Below, one piece after another: positions 12,005 to 25,028 of a stretch of 64,000 nt of DNA. The translations under genes were made by a program, and so were the position numbers. The stretch spans positions 496,001 through 560,000 of the forward strand of contig JAMWBK010000011.1 of the NCBI GenBank assembly GCA_029953675.1, in the 5' to 3' direction. The stretch's first letter is position 1; each line of letters starts with the position of its first letter. The notes under the pieces are model-generated. The model was not told where the DNA came from and ran no database searches. It saw nothing but the letters and a program-made list of their open reading frames with translations. This DNA is from Rhodosorus marinus CCMP1338 (Eukaryota > Plantae > Rhodophyta).

Positions 12005-13215
12005 AGTATCCATTTCTAGGGAAACTTTAATGCTAAATATTAAATATAACTGATTCCTAATGTAGATGGCGTGCGATGACCTAGTTACTACTCTCCAAAG
12101 GAACATTGGCTTTCCTGCATTTTCCTTGTCCAGAGAAGATCTTGCAGATTTCGATTTCTTGGTGAGGTTGGATTTCACTGCCGGACTTTTCTCAATGTAT
12201 CATTAGCCAGCCATGGTTTGGCCCTGTAAATCTATCTTTTATTTTGGAAATCCATGTCGAGGATGAATTTTTAGGGTTTGACAGGATCAGCATAAAAGGA
12301 CGCATTTCATCGGAGCTGTTTCGCTGGTTGTTGGGGATGGGTGCTAGCAAGAGATCTCTTCAACATGGAGCCTGGATGCGTGGATTCGGAGTATTTTGTA
12401 GCTCAGGATCTTTTCCTGCGCGGGGTCGGCGTCGAGCAAGTCAGCTGGAGGAGGGCTTGGCTTCCTCTTGGAGATTGTGATATGGATGTTGACTGTCCGT
12501 TCAGAGGAGGGGGCGTCCTTGGGGACAGGAGGTTGGCCACCGTCTCCGTGACTTGAACGGGACAGAGTGTTTTGATGACTTATGCTTTGATCTTGTTGCA
12601 CAGCAGGTGTTTTGAGTTTCCTGTTGCAAAGCTGATCTGTCGAGATGTCCTCCAGCCTCATAAGCGTCTACTGGAAGAGACCATGGTTGCCAAGTTCTCA
12701 TTGATACAGGGGCATTCAAGGACGGCCCCGAAAGGGTTAACCCTTCAACGGACTCAACTCCAGTCTATGAAACTCGTTCTAGAGAGATCCGTCCACGTTG
12801 ACGACGGTAGTGTTCCCACAGTCGCTCATTGAAGCGGATGACTGGAACAACCCATAGAGCTCTCACAGCTTTTGAAAACCGTCAACGTTTGATCAGCATC
12901 AGTAGTGCCAGTTCTGGAACGAGAGGTGACGAGGTCTGAGCTTCAAGATGAGATCTGTCCGTCGTCCGTGCTTTCCATGGTAGAAATTAGAGGCGTACTG
13001 CAAGTAAGGAGAGGCAGGTGGGAAGGACCTCGATACGGCTTGCTCCTCCGGTCCTTGTCACCTTTTCCAGGTCACTAGATGCCGTTCAGTTCTACCATCA
13101 TGAAGTTCCCAGATGCGGTCCTATCATCGATTGGATCCCAACGCTCGCTGTTTCCTCCTCGGTACTTGAACTGAAAGGGCCAACTCTGACTTCGTGAGTT
13201 CTTACTCAATCGCAG

Positions 13216-16200
13216 GACGCTGCAAGCAATCCTTCGGGAAAATCTGCATGACTATCGAACACAAAGGTCTCCGTCTTTCATCCGTGAAGCTGTAGAACGT
13301 CCAGAGGCAGGCTTCACCTGGAGGAACTCAGGACGGTGTGTACTGCTTGAAAACCTGTTGTCAAGCAAGAGCGTGCTACTGGAAAATCCAGTTTCGGGGA
13401 TAGTTGACCAGTCCTTCAGACAGATTAGAGTGATGAGCTCTGACGATCTGCTTGAAGCCTTAAAGAGCTTTTGGCAAACACACGCAGCAACCAGAATGGA
13501 CGTTGACAGCGTTCGTGCTCAGATAGCCTTACGAGAAGCTACGGATGCTGAATGTTTTGAGGCTGAAGCATTTCAAGCCGATCCTATACTGCGACCGGAG
13601 ATGTTTGTGATCGCTTCACGTCGCCCCGGCTGTTCTAGGAAATTTCCTGTTCACCGCTGGATAATGGGACGAGGGAAGCGATCCAAAATAGCCCGAGCTG
13701 CCCTTCCGCCTGTAAGTGGACTGCTGTCTCTGGGCATGATAGTTCGTCCTTGCGTACGGTCCCTTTTGAGTTTTGAATGTCCAAGGCCGCCGGTTTCGAG
13801 GTTGTGGAGCGTCTGGGGCTCATATAGCAGCATCAAGGGCGAGTTCATGGAGAAAATGCTCCAAGCTTTTCCTTTAGCTGAGCGTCTGGAGGTATTGCGG
13901 TGGCTCGGTGGTTATAGAAAGCTCTTTCCAACCCTCGAAACGCTAGGGAAGCGATTATCGGCGGTTACCGATTCCCACGAGAGGTGCGGTCTTGAGTTGG
14001 GGGCAGCGGTGCTTGAGAACAAGAGACATTTGACTGAGCAAGAGATCTTTGAGTTTGAACGACCAAAGGAGTCAATTGAATTTCAGGCAGTAGATCGAAC
14101 GCTTATTTTTCCGCTGAGCCGCAAGCGGTCGAGAGAACCATATTTGTTCGAAAACGACTGTATCGATAAATTAGATACCAAGCGCCAAGCAAGCGAGACT
14201 GTCAAACTCGACATTTCGCTGGATGAATTTCTGGCATTGGATGAAGGGAAGAATGCTGAGATTCAGGCGACTGGCGGCGCATGTATTTCTCAAGTCAGTG
14301 ATGCTCCGATCGACCGGAACTTGAGCAGCGAGCACGAGTTTCCAGCCATTGGCCACCAAGCCCGAAAGTCACCAAAACGCACTACGGATTCAGGGACTTT
14401 GGAGATTTCTGCTTTAAGCAAAGAGCTGTCGACGTTTCTGTTGCAGAGAAAGACGTTGGTCTTGGCTGAGGAGAGCTCCCAGATCTTCCCATCGACGGCG
14501 TTGCTTGTTGACGAAACGGTGAAAGCGTACAACAGTCGTCCGTGCCTGTGGTTGAACTGCAGGTCTCCCTACACGTTTTCAGATCGAGAGCTCGAAGAAG
14601 CTTACAGGTTTCATCAACGATTCCTGCCATTGAAGAAGGTACGCATAGCTGCTTAGGTCGAAATATTCACCTCTGGATGCTGAACGAGACTCTCGGCATG
14701 CTGTCGCTTAGGTGACCATGCTTTCGAACATAGACGTGAGCGCTCAGATCATTATGTCGCACATGGTTTTCTCATCATCACGGCGCGACCTAGCTGCTCT
14801 GGTTGAGCACGAGTTTTCATGCGTCATATTCCAGTCCGGCTGCCTTGGAGGGCTCGACTGGCTTCGCGGAGACGGCTCACTTGCCACATTTCGAGAGTTG
14901 GTCAGAAAGGCGGTGACGGTCGTCTATGTGCTGCACGACCAAAAAGGTACTGCTGAGGAACTTGCGGCTTTCTTGAGTTTGTTAGAGGGATCTCGAAGCG
15001 TGGAATTCTATACGAATCTGTGCGTTTTCAAGGCTCCAAAGGTAATAAAGAGGGAATTGGAAACCTCCCCGAGCGTTCGTTCAGCAATTGATGTGGATAT
15101 TGCACATACTATCTAGACTACGCACTATACGAGACCGGTGACGGGTGCTGGTGGGCGAGCTATAAAACGGTTGGAACGAGAAGCGATCTTCCTGATGGAT
15201 CAGCTCAAGCAGCATCTTCCTCTTCAACTGGAGGGCTGTCCATTGGGTCTATCATCTGTAACGGCCGCGGACCTGGAGCTGGCTGTGAGTCGGGTAAAAT
15301 CGCTCCTCGAGAGATCACCAAAGATGCACTACCTCCTACGCGGCGATTTCAGAAAATTGCTGACGCTGCACGTCCTCCGAAGCATTTACGACTACGTAAG
15401 CGTTGATGGTCTCGCAACCGGTCTTGACTTCATCGGGCGAGCAATGGAGCATTACCGCGACCAAATCGAAGACATTTCCGTTCACCTGAGCAGCTCTGAT
15501 TCAAACACAGGTGCAGGCGCTGACGAATCTGACAGAGATGTGGTTCATAAGGCGATGAAATTCGCAGCTGAGAACACGCCCAAATCTGGTGATGGCAAGA
15601 GGATCATGATCATCACGGAGACCATTGCAGGCTGCTGCCGTATAGAGCAGCTCCTACATGGACTCAGGGATGGACAAGAGCCTCTGTATCTCGTGCAAAA
15701 CGCCAAGAGTTTTCAGAATGACTTCGAATTTGAAGGCTGCTCTGCGGTCATCGAAATCAGCCCCGAATGGAGCGGGTGCTCGGCATTTGCACCGAGATCA
15801 TTCCTGCAATTGCTCACGAGCCTGGGCAAGGTTCTGCACGTTATCATCTCCCCCGAGCAACAGCATGCAGAGGTGATAATGATCTGCAACTCTTAGGATA
15901 TATGTACGAGAGATTCCCGTACTAACTTCTGTAGTCAATCCTGCAGGGTTCAAAGCCGTGCTTCTTCAAACTTGCGGGAGATAGGCATTACGGCCAAATA
16001 TCTGAGCTCATGTCAAGTGTACGTATGGAGAAACTTTCTGGAGAAGAGGTAGACGAGGAGGACCGAAAAGATCTCGTCGTGAGATATGAACAACTAGCGG
16101 GGATGGACAGCGACGATATCTTTATGTTCCTAGTTGACAAAGCTCTGGAGAACGATTCAGCTCCATCTAACAGCCGGCCCTTGACACTACGGGTGCGAGG

Positions 16201-16303
16201 ATACCAGAACGAGGATACGTCAACAATGGAACTCATCGAATCGGCTATAACAAGCCATCCTCTACTTTCAAGGAACCTCTGCATCCGCAAAACCTTACTC
16301 TAG
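13216..16303 (+). CDS. Large multi-exon protein (>950 aa), probable SHOC1/Zip2-like meiotic protein; 5' exons probably extend toward ~12.4 kb
   Basis: ORFs 13358, 14712, 15138 and 16010 join in frame through GT-AG introns 14639-14711, 15042-15116 and 15873-15946 (branch ACTAAC). FRKLLTLHVLRSIYDYVSVDGLATGLDFI resembles the SHOC1 'F...LH.L....D......L..AL.YL' block as I recall it. The coding call is strong; the family call is weak. Confidence 0.5.
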
Positions 16304-17164
16304 GCAAATAGCATGCAAAGTAAATCGTCATGGGCAAGCGGGAGAATTTACAAGACAGGCAAATGGGTTGCGCTCCTGGGAATACAAGGCGGCGGGAGCT
16401 TACCAACCGATCCGGATCCGACACCAGCCCAAGTCCCTCACACAGAAACCGATTACCCCAAAAGCAAATTGTCCTTTGGAAAGCTACTCAGCAACTAGTA
16501 CAACTTGTACTCTGTTATTCGTTCAGCTGCTGCCCATTTGCAGCTGCGTTAAGTACCTCAGCTCAGCTACTTAGCGCAAGTGCAATTGAACGGTATCCTG
16601 TCTTCTGGAAAGTTTGTTCAATCTTCTGAAACCACTAGTTTAATTTTGTCCAGAATTACAATCCATCAAGTGGCTCTGACCTTCATCGAATCGGGGAACC
16701 CCGGAAGTATCTGAATCTTGCAGCTGAAGGCGATGCTTAGAGTACTGTGAAATAGATACCTCCGCAAAAGAAGAACAATTGTCGGTCACTCTGAACCGTG
16801 TCGGCCAGTAGGTGCGACTCTAGCCGAAGCTCGTCCACGAGTCCACGAGAAACTAATTTACTCCTGCATGGAACATCTCGTTCGAAGCACCTGGGACGCT
16901 TGTACACCGTGTACTGTTTTGTCCACCCGCTTTCTCAGTTTGGGTTTTAAGCTGCTGAGCAAGCCCATGACCGCAAGGCCGGTGGGGAGCGATGAGGAAG
17001 GTTGGACGACACTATGCTGTCCTTTTGATAGCGCGTCTGGCGAAGAGGTCACTATTTTGATCGTAACCAGAGCTTCTGGAATGATACATGTATTCAGGAG
17101 TATTGTGTAATAGATGGTGAGGGGTGTGGTGGACGATTTCAGTGTGTGAGGGGGTGAGAGAACA

Positions 17165-18686
17165 ATGGGCGCTGGGCGCGGCGACGGAGGAGCTAGCAAG
17201 CTCGGTAAGCTCAAGCTGATGGATTTTGTGGAACTGCCGGATTGGATGCAGGACAATGAGTATATTACTTCGATGTACAGACCGCCGCTGGCGCGAACTT
17301 GGGATTGTGTAAGAACGGCTTTTCTAAATTGGCACAACGACAGCATCAGTATCTGGTCGCACGCGTTGGGGTTCCTATTCTATCTATCTCTTACTGTCTA
17401 CGTTAGCCTGCATTTGACCAACGTCGGGGGAAGATTTTCAGAGCTCTTCTACACGGCTGGTCTCAAAGTTGATGAGTAAGCAATTTTGTCTGCTCGCTTC
17501 CTGCCCCCAAAACGGTCCCTTCATAAGCGCATTGTATCCACCGATCCCTGCACAGACTGAAAATATGTCTTGTGTGATGCAGGGCTATGGAGAAGTTTCA
17601 TTATGCAGAAGATATCCTCTTTCATAATCTCCGGCTTGCACCTGCAGCTTTCCATGGAGGTCTTCATCTCTACGACCTGTAAGCGCGCAAATAACCCCGT
17701 TTGCTATTCGTTCGATCTGTCTTTTATTATTCGCCCCGAAAAAACCACCAAATTTTGCATAATTCCGTGCCTTTTATTGGACAAAACAGAGAATGTTTTG
17801 CGATAGACTTGTTTTGGATCGTTTAGATCACATATTTTAGGCGTCTGTGTTTTATATGGTGAATATTGGCCTGTTCGATTATTATTGCTCACATGGGAGG
17901 GTTTTATGTCTTTTATTGTGTTTTAGCGCAAAGGAGGTGTTGCATTCTGCTGAGGGAGCGATTTCTAGCGCTATGCCTGAAGTTGGATCGGTTCTACCTG
18001 GTGTTAGCGGTGTGCCGACTGGCGTTCTTAATGAAGCATACCAACGCTTACTATTTGAACATCGTCTTGGCATGTTGCCAATGCTGTTGGGAGCAATGCT
18101 GTGCTGTCTGGGGTCCACAGTTTACCACACGTTCTTCCCGTACGCGAATGGTAAGTGGAATCAGATCCTGTCGAGGGTCGACTACGCCGGTATTGTTCTC
18201 CTTATTGCCGGGCACTCGATGATGGGAACATACTATACGTTCTACTGCCGTCCACGGCTTTCCTACTTCTACAATATCTTTGTCGTGGTCGCCATGGTGC
18301 CAGTTCTGGCGAGCTTCATCCACGCAAAGTTCCAGGATCCAGAGTTCAGAACCGCGAGGACGGTGGTGTTCATCGCATTCGGAGTGGTCTCTGCCTTTCC
18401 AGTGCTCCACTCCGGACTAATTCACCAGTTTTGGAACCATGAGTTTGTCGCAGACACGAAATTCCTCGCTGTCGCGTGCGTCTTCTACCTCGCTGGTGGT
18501 TTCTTCTTCGCCAGCAGATTTCCCGAAAGCAAGGCACCGGGGAAGTTTGACACAGTCTGTAGCAGCCATCAGCTCCTGCACATCTGCGTGCTCATAGGCG
18601 CATTCGTGCACTGGTACGGAAGCTACCTTTCACTAGTCTACCGTATTTACTTCGGATGCTCGCTCTCCCCGCTATCTAAGCACTAA
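17165..18686 (+). CDS. PAQR / adiponectin-receptor (hemolysin III) family membrane protein, 2 exons (17165-17475, 17927-18686)
   Basis: LPDWMQDNEYI, WHNDSISIWSH, STVYHTF, SRVDYAGI, RFPESKAPGKFD and SHQLLH motifs; phase-2 intron of 451 bp joins in frame. Confidence 0.9.
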
Positions 18687-19331
18687 GCAGTATATATAAA
18701 AACGATACTTACAACGCACTCGGAATCATCGCTCCCGTCTAGATCGTGCGACTCAGAACCAAAGCACCCCAATCTACGTCTTCAGGAACCTAAAGGCCGG
18801 CTTCCGAGCTAGCCAACCTCATCGGAATCTACCTCGAGATATGCAAACACAGAGAGGAAGCAACTCGGCCATCGTCGGCGACCCTACGTTTCCACCTCGA
18901 CTGGTTTCGGATGGCGATACAGTCGTTCTCAAGGCCCTCACCGCCGGGTGAAGAGCATCTTAACTGAATCTATGCCGAGATACTAATAAGAAGACGGGAA
19001 AGGGATTTGCCGACGTCGGCAAATGTGCATCGTCCTAACTACTACTACGGGGGGCATCGAAGCAACCAGATCAAGAGCTTTATCAGTTTCTCTCTCACAG
19101 GGATTGGGGGAGTTCACGAACGGTTTGAGGGTTCTTGACGACGTCGAAGCTCGGTGTTTTCGGGGAGAGCAGAAGTAAAGGGCAACCTGGGCGAGTTTTT
19201 CGTCAGGCGCTGTTTGTTGGGGTGCGTTTGTGAAGATGATGGAGAACCGGGCAAGGTGAAGGCTGCTGTAGAGTTTTTGGGGGGCGAGGTGGAGCCGATG
19301 AAGGTGAGCAAGATTTGATATCTGATTCGGT

Positions 19332-21616
19332 TTGATGATGGCGGTCAATTTTGTATCTCCGTGTTATGGTCTGCGGAGTGGGCGTGAGGGTGGTGGTTTA
19401 GTAACATGTGGTCGGGTGAAAGCGACTGTTTTGGCTGTTTACGGAGGTTCGGATTCGAGGTCTGGACCTCGTGGCGGGAGGTTTGATGAGAGCGGGAGGC
19501 AACCTGGAAGGAGCGATGGCAGGAGGAGATCTGGCGGCGGTGATGGGCGGCCGAGGAGGAACAAGGCCAAGGATGAGAGGGGTTTCTTCATGGAGCCGGA
19601 TCAACGTAGCCCACCCCGGCCTTTCGACAGGTTGAAGGTTTGGAGGAACCAGAGGCATGTGCCCTCGGAGGAGGAGACGCGAAGGTTGCTGGGCCAGGTT
19701 GTGCAGACAGGAAAGCCGAACGAAGTGATGAGCGTGATGCGGTATGCCGAGGCATGCGGTGTGGAGCTGGATTCTAGGATGTACCTGGGCCTGCTAAAGT
19801 GCTACGTCAACCGTGGCGATCTGAGGGGGTCTGCCCGCGCTCTGTGGAACATGCGGGAGGCAGACGTTCCGAGAGTGGCAGAGCACTACAACTTTGTGAT
19901 TGCTGCTCTTGCCAAGGCTGGAAATGCTGAGGACATGGCCCGGGTCCGGCGGATGATGGAAAACGACGGCTTCGAACCCGACGCGTACACATTCACTGTG
20001 CTCATCGCTGGCTACGGCAAGGCCAAACTCGTCGAGGAGGCGCAGAAGGAGTTCTATCGGATGAAACAAGTCGGCCTCAGACCAAGCGCGGTCACCTGGG
20101 GAGCGTTGATTACGGCCTACATGCAGAAGCTTGATCTGGAAAAGGTCTTGTCCACCTTTGAGGAAATGGAAGCGGACGGGATTCGGCCCAACCACGCCAT
20201 CTTCAGTGCGCTCATCGAGGCACGAATCAAGGCGGGTGACATGGAAGGTGCACTCGGGGAACTAGATAGAATGCGAGAACGCGGCCTCGAACCTGATGGC
20301 TTCACCTACGCCTCCCTCATGGACGCATTATGTGCCCGTGGATCCCTCCCAGATGCCCTGAGAGTCTTCCAAATCATGCTCGAGAACGGTATCGAACCCA
20401 CAATGAAGAATTATATCCCAATTCTCGGAATGTATGCAAAGGAGGGAAACGTCCAGAAAGCTGAAGCGTTGATGGAGGACGTCCTCCTTAGAGGCATTGA
20501 ACCAGGCCGGGTAAGAAAGAAAAAAAACAAACAAGAAAAACTTTATTAAGGACCTGGCCAACGGACGAATTGGCCAATGTTTCTAGGACGTGGAAACATT
20601 GGCTGTTTGCTTTCCTTGGCCAAGCCCATTGTTTGCAAAATACAGACAACATTGGCGAAGGCCAATGTAACTATTGCCCCTAGAATTTAATTCCTTTTTT
20701 GTTTATTCACAATGGAACATTGGCCAAGGCCAATGTAACATTTGGTTGTCGATCCCTGTCCCGCGAACCTTTTCTTGTTTTCTTTTTTTGTTGCCTCGAG
20801 GGGACATTGATTGCTTTTTGTAACATTGGAAATGAGTGTTTGGCCCGGCAAAGAGAACGTCGTATCTAAGGAACATTCGCCTTTGTTTCTTGTCCCGTGA
20901 ATTTTTTGTGTGTTTTATGTTTCGTCCTGATGGATTCGATTCTGTAGGAGATCTACGAACGTCTGGTGGATACTTATGTAAATGCTGGAGATACTGGAGG
21001 AGCGGTTTCGGTGATTGAGGAGATGCAGAACAAGAGCATAACACCAGATCCTGTCATGTACAAGTCGATCATTGACCAGTACAATCGGGACTTTATCGTG
21101 AAGAATGTTGGTGTTTCTCCCGAGGACGAGATTGATGTGTCGTTTCTCGATGATTCAGCAACGCTGCCTGACCTGACGCCGCCAGAGCCAAAGTTCTTGC
21201 CGCCGTTGATAACGGAGACTACGGGTATAGCGGACTCTGAGGAGATAGTTATGTCGGATATCAAGTGGGCTGATGCGCTCATGTCGACCAATTTTAAGCC
21301 TCGAGGTGTTTTCCCGCCAGAAGCTCCAGCTGAGACTAAGGAGTGGTGGGAGAAGGAGATCGTGCTTGACGAAGAGTCGTTTGCCAAGTTCAAGCAGGAG
21401 GATGACGAGGAGTTTGAGGAAGAAGATAGACTGGCGTTCGCCCTGGAGGACAGGAGCGAAGAACCCGGATTCGTTCGCGGGGACGAGGATGAAGACTACA
21501 GCTTGGAGATCTTCGATGAGGCGGATGACGACGATGAGGATGAAACGTTTGCAGGCGACGACGAACTGGCGGATGTTCTTGACTTTGGTATGGACGACGA
21601 AGATGAAGACGAGGAT

Positions 21617-21657
<41 letters not shown>

Positions 21658-23566
21658 TGATGAGTTTGCTCCGCTTAGAACGCAGCGTAAAGACAGCCGG
21701 TCGGCGGTGAAGGCGGAGGACGATGATGGAGCTTTTTGGGTTGAAGACGACGAGGAAGAGCGGACTGATGGACGGGAACGCGACGTGGACGAAGACAATG
21801 ACGATGACAAGGAGTACGAGGGGTACGTGTCCAAGATTTGGGACGAGGATGACGATCTCGAGGAGGACGAAGCGGATAATGTCGAAGAGGAAGCTGAAAG
21901 CAGGAGTGACTGGCTGAGCAGCATGAGCAGGGAAGTTCTGGACGATGACGATGACGATGACCACGAGGATGAAGAGGATGAGAACGAATTTAGTGTCCTC
22001 AATCAAGGTGTTGAGGAAGACGAAGAATTCGATGACGAGGAGGATGAAGCCAGTGATGAGTTGGAAGATGAATTTGCGGTGCTTCGGGCTCCTCCAGAAG
22101 AAGAATCAGTAGCCAGCGCAGGGGATAGTCTGGGACTGAGCTCGGAAGAGGAATCTGGCGAAGACGAAGACGACGACGAGTTTGTAGCTTTCCAAGAGTT
22201 GGATGATGGTTCGGATGATCAGAGCCGGGACGCCTCGACTGCCACGACCAGTTACGAATTGGACAACCTGCTAGACCTGACGCTCTCTGGCGACGCTGAT
22301 GTGACCGAGGAGGGAGAGGCAATTAGTGGTGATCCCCTACGCGACGACGTCGACGATGACGAGAAAGAACAGGGCCTAGTTGAAGGTGGCACAACGGAAG
22401 ACGTAGACGTCTTGGCGTCGGGGACTGTGTCAACGAGCCAAATTATCGAGAGCTCGAGAAAGCCTGCAGACGATAGTCGAGGCAAGGGCTTTGGAAAGGA
22501 AAGCGTACGTGAGAAACGGACAGACACGACTGCGCATACAGATTTCCTGGAATCCTTCATTCGGCAGGAGCTCAAAGTTGATAGCGACGAGGACGAAGAG
22601 TTTGCCGCAGTTCTAGGCCAAGCACAATCGGGTGAGGATTCAGCACCGACCGCCCCAGATGCGAAGACTGCGCAGGATGGCGACGAGTTGGACCAGTTGG
22701 ACGAAGAGTTTATGAAGGCTCTGGGTTTTGCTAGCTCCGTTCAGGAGGTGCGAGATGGAAATTCATCAATTGTTGAAGCGGAATCGGCCGACGAGGAGTT
22801 GGATGTTGAACTACCACCAGTGAAAGGCGCTACTGATTTTGTCGACAGAGCACCCCAATATTTCGAAGGCTTGGACGGGAGAGTGGTTGACCGAGTGTTG
22901 GATGAGCTCGGTGGTGGCTTGCAGGATGCTGAAAAGGAGATGGATGATACAGCAGGTCAGGAGTTTGACTTGACGGACGAGGACTTGGAGGAATTCTTGA
23001 AACTGAGTCCAGAAGAGCTGGAAAACGCGATCATGGAAGACGCAGGCGTTGATGATCAGAGCTCCGCTCCCAAAAACGCCGACTTTTTGGGAGATGTCAC
23101 GTCTATCCAGGACGACCCGCAGAAGGCCGGAAAGGATGAAGCGTTCCACAAACAGCGGATGTCCAATCGCCTGTCGAAGTCCGAGATAACCAGCCTGGTG
23201 AACAACGACGAGGATTTCAACAAGGACGTTGATGAGAAAATGTCGCTCAAGGATGATGCGGAGCAGAAAATGATTGAAAACTTTGCGGAACAGTTTGGAT
23301 GGGACGATGAAGGATTGGACAACGTCGACGAGTTTATCACCAGAGTCAAGGCCACGCAGAATGTGGTAGCCGACGAAACTGCCGATGGTCTCCCAAACGA
23401 GGACGAAGACGGATTGCTCGAGGACGAGACCGCTTCTCCTGCTGACAATTCGAGCTCACCGTCGCCCTCAGCAGTTGAACCGCAGGCAACAAGTGCAGAC
23501 ACGGATTCGAGTATCGCAGTCGACGCCGAAGCTTTCGACGGCGGAAACGGAGAACACCACAACTGA
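19332..23566 (+). CDS. Pentatricopeptide-repeat protein with organellar-type presequence and a very long Asp/Glu-rich C-terminus, 2 exons (19332-20510, 20948-23566)
   Basis: About 8 tandem 35-aa PPR motifs (e.g. YTFTVLIAGYGKAKLVEEAQKEFYRMKQVGLRP); phase-0 intron GTAAGA...TGTAG (437 bp) joins to the 866-aa acidic ORF, whose first ~35 aa complete one more PPR motif. Confidence 0.88.
21617..21652 (+). repeat. (GAGGAC)6 coding microsatellite encoding (ED)n
   Basis: Six perfect copies seen, flanked by GAGGAT variants. Confidence 0.9.
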
Positions 23567-23657
23567 TATATAGCGAAAATCCTTTGGACATAGAAGATGA
23601 CATAGCGCGAGCGCGAAAATATACAATATCAAACTATAACATGGGAAAAACTTAGTC

Positions 23658-24187
23658 TCACGGATCCGAAAAGTCAATTTGTTCAAGTAGAAGGTCCGCA
23701 AGGACCACAAACTCTGGATCAGCCATGAGCAGCTCCAGAGCTTTCCTTCTGTCCTTGGCCCCATCGACCGTCAAGAGCGCATCTCGAAACCTCTTCTGGG
23801 ACACGAGGCGTTTAATATCCTCGTTTAATCCTGCGGGAGAAGGAGACGTCAGGTATATGGGTACAGCCGTCGTTTTCAGCACATATAGCTCACCAATAGT
23901 TCTCAGCGCATTATCGCTGAGAATAACTCGGTCCTCATCGTCCTCATCCTCCTCAACAGGTCCTTTCGGCCTTGAATTCTCCTTGGGCCGAGCCGGTTCG
24001 CACTGCGTTTGCTTATGAACACGACTACACGCAACTGAACAGCTGCCGATACGAGTAAAAAACACCTCACGTGAGTAGAAAACTTGACAACCGATACCGA
24101 AGAGCAAACTTACAATGGAAGGAAACAAGTCGGGCACTTGTAGTTTGACTCGTTTGTCGAACAGACTTCACAGATTTTCCTCACCAT
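23658..24187 (-). CDS. ZNHIT3: Zinc finger HIT domain protein (ZNHIT3/Hit1-like), 3 exons
   Basis: MVRKICEVCSTNESNYKCPTCFLPF|CSVACSRVHKQTQC after removing intron 24043-24113; a second 63-bp in-frame intron; C-terminal LLMADPEFVVLADLLL fits the family. Confidence 0.8.
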
Positions 24188-25028
24188 TAAGGAAAGCTCA
24201 GCCTATTTCATTCCGAAAAACAGATGCCAGACGAGCATACTACTCTATCCTCCGTCCTCGGATTTGTTCAAGTTGTTCAGGTCGGACCACCGACGGCGCC
24301 TCCTACCGAATCGGATGTACAGCTTGTGCTGGGCTTCTTTTGGTAGAAGGTTCCATTCCGCCAGGCAGACAAAGTAAATCTGATCCACTCGACTTTTGGG
24401 CTTGCAGGACTGCAGGAATACAAAGCTTTCGAGAGATTGAGCTCAGGGAATGCTCATCAAATTGTGCTGAGAAAAAAAAAAATCGCCGACGAAATCTCCT
24501 GCCGGGCCAAACACGGACAAGGAAGCCAATGTTACATTTGTACAAGCGCGGGGCCAATGCACTAGGCCAATGTTAAGTACCTACACTTTAAGAAAAGAAA
24601 AACCATAGAAACTACGGGCCAAAGCAGAAGAACGAATGTTACCACAACCGCATCGAGAAAAGTGGACCTATTTCTGTTGTTTTTGTAAAACAATTGCTTT
24701 GCCTTGAGATACCGGACTGAGTTTCAGAACTGTTTTCCACTGGCCCAAGATGCGGAGCGAATGTTACTTTGGGGTCGATAGGTGACACGGGCAGATTGAA
24801 ATCCTAGGCGAGTTATGAACATTGGCCCTGACTTTTCAGTTTTTTGGAAAGAACTGCTGGCCAAATTTCGGCAAGAGGTAAACGAGCTTTCAGAATAGGG
24901 TTTGAAGGAAAGCAATAGTATTTCTTCTACACTTCGGTCGGCGGAGGCTGTTTGTGGTGTGTGGGTTGGCTCAAGGTTAGGATGAACGACTAGACACCAT
25001 CCAGATAGGAGTGGAGGGTTGTTTTGGA

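Noticed and set aside
21155-23562. Long Ser- or Leu/Val-rich minus-strand ORFs (283, 168, 168 aa etc.)
   Set aside because: Antisense shadows of the acidic PPR exon.
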